A stretch of DNA of 10,970 bases. It comes from a virus. Lineage: Duplodnaviria > Heunggongvirae > Uroviricota > Caudoviricetes. Location: the IMG/VR virus record IMGVR_UViG_2541047932_000014, positions 1 through 10,970 of that record; one strand, written 5' to 3'. Below, piece by piece: positions 10,456-10,970 of this stretch (position 1 is its first letter; every line of letters begins with the position of its first letter). The notes beneath the pieces were generated by a model. It was not told where the DNA came from and searched no databases. It saw only the letters and a program-made list of their open reading frames with translations. The translations under genes were made by a program, and so were the position numbers.

Positions 10456-10970
10456 ATGACAGTAAAAATTTCTGGCGTGCTTAAAGATGGCACAGGAAAA
10501 CCAGTACAGAACTGCACCATTGTGCTGAAGGCCAGACGAACCAGCAGCACGGTGGTGGTGAACACGGTGGCCTCTGAAAATCCGGATGAAGCCGGACGTT
10601 ACAGCATGGATGTTGAGCATGGTCAGTACAGCGTCACCCTGCTGGTTGAAGGTTTTCCGCCTTCACATGCCGGGACCATTACCGTCTATGAAGGTTCCAG
10701 ACCAGGTACGCTGAATGATTTTCTCGGTGCCATGACGGAGGATGATGTCCGACCGGAGGCACTGCGCCGTTTTGAAGTGATGGTGGAAGAGGTGGCGCGT
10801 AACGCGTCCGCAGTGGCACAGAACACGGCAGCCGCGAAGAAGTCAGCCGGCGATGCCAGCACATCAGCCCGTGAGGCGGCAACCCATGCGACTGATGCTG
10901 CAGGCTCAGCACGCGCAGCCAGCACGTCAGCCGGACAGGCCGCTTCGTCGGCTCAGTCAGCGTCTTCCAG
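10456..10970 (+). CDS. stf: Side tail fiber protein Stf (lambda Stf / orf401-like), 3'-partial, continues beyond window
   Basis: ATG at 10456; no stop before the window end. The N-terminus MTVKISGVLKDGTGKPVQNCTIVLKARR...RYSMDVEHGQYSV...GFPPSHAGTITVYE matches the lambda Stf N-terminus as I recall it, followed by the characteristic Ala/Ser/Thr-rich low-complexity region. Confidence 0.9.
   Translation, partial: MTVKISGVLKDGTGKPVQNCTIVLKARRTSSTVVVNTVASENPDEAGRYSMDVEHGQYSVTLLVEGFPPSHAGTITVYEGSRPGTLNDFLGAMTEDDVRPEALRRFEVMVEEVARNASAVAQNTAAAKKSAGDASTSAREAATHATDAAGSARAASTSAGQAASSAQSASS

Noticed and set aside
10686-10925. Minus-strand ORFs (79 and 77 aa) antisense to the stf low-complexity region
   Set aside because: The Ala/Ser-rich repeat region of stf is GC-rich and reads open on the opposite strand by composition alone.
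10780-10970. Possible tandem repeat or CRISPR-like periodicity in the Ala/Ser/Thr-rich part of stf
   Set aside because: The repetition is at the amino-acid composition level (SAxxASxSA motifs) within a coding region. There are no regularly spaced identical direct repeats with unique spacers.

Overview
This window is the tail-tip and host-specificity module of a lambda-like (lambdoid siphovirus) prophage from an enterobacterial host, all on the + strand: tape measure H (3' part, enters from the left edge), M, L, K, I, then J, lom and the start of the side tail fiber stf (runs off the right edge). The assignments rest on gene order, sizes, overlap pattern and motifs, plus my recognition of the lambda proteins from memory; no database search was run. 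The one clearly non-canonical structure is the I-J junction, where about 1.6 kb separates the two genes. It contains an apparently intact 1258-bp IS3-family (IS911-like) insertion sequence with imperfect terminal inverted repeats, orfA/orfB and an A-AAA-AAG -1 frameshift site. The IS has no detectable target-site duplication and is flanked on the left by an AT-rich segment carrying a minus-strand intrinsic terminator and on the right by a perfect 13-bp palindromic hairpin. I see no evidence for a novel defence or other undescribed system here; the junction and the compositionally shifted 3' third of J are the parts worth a second look. The many long ORFs antisense to the GC-rich tail genes are judged to be artefacts.
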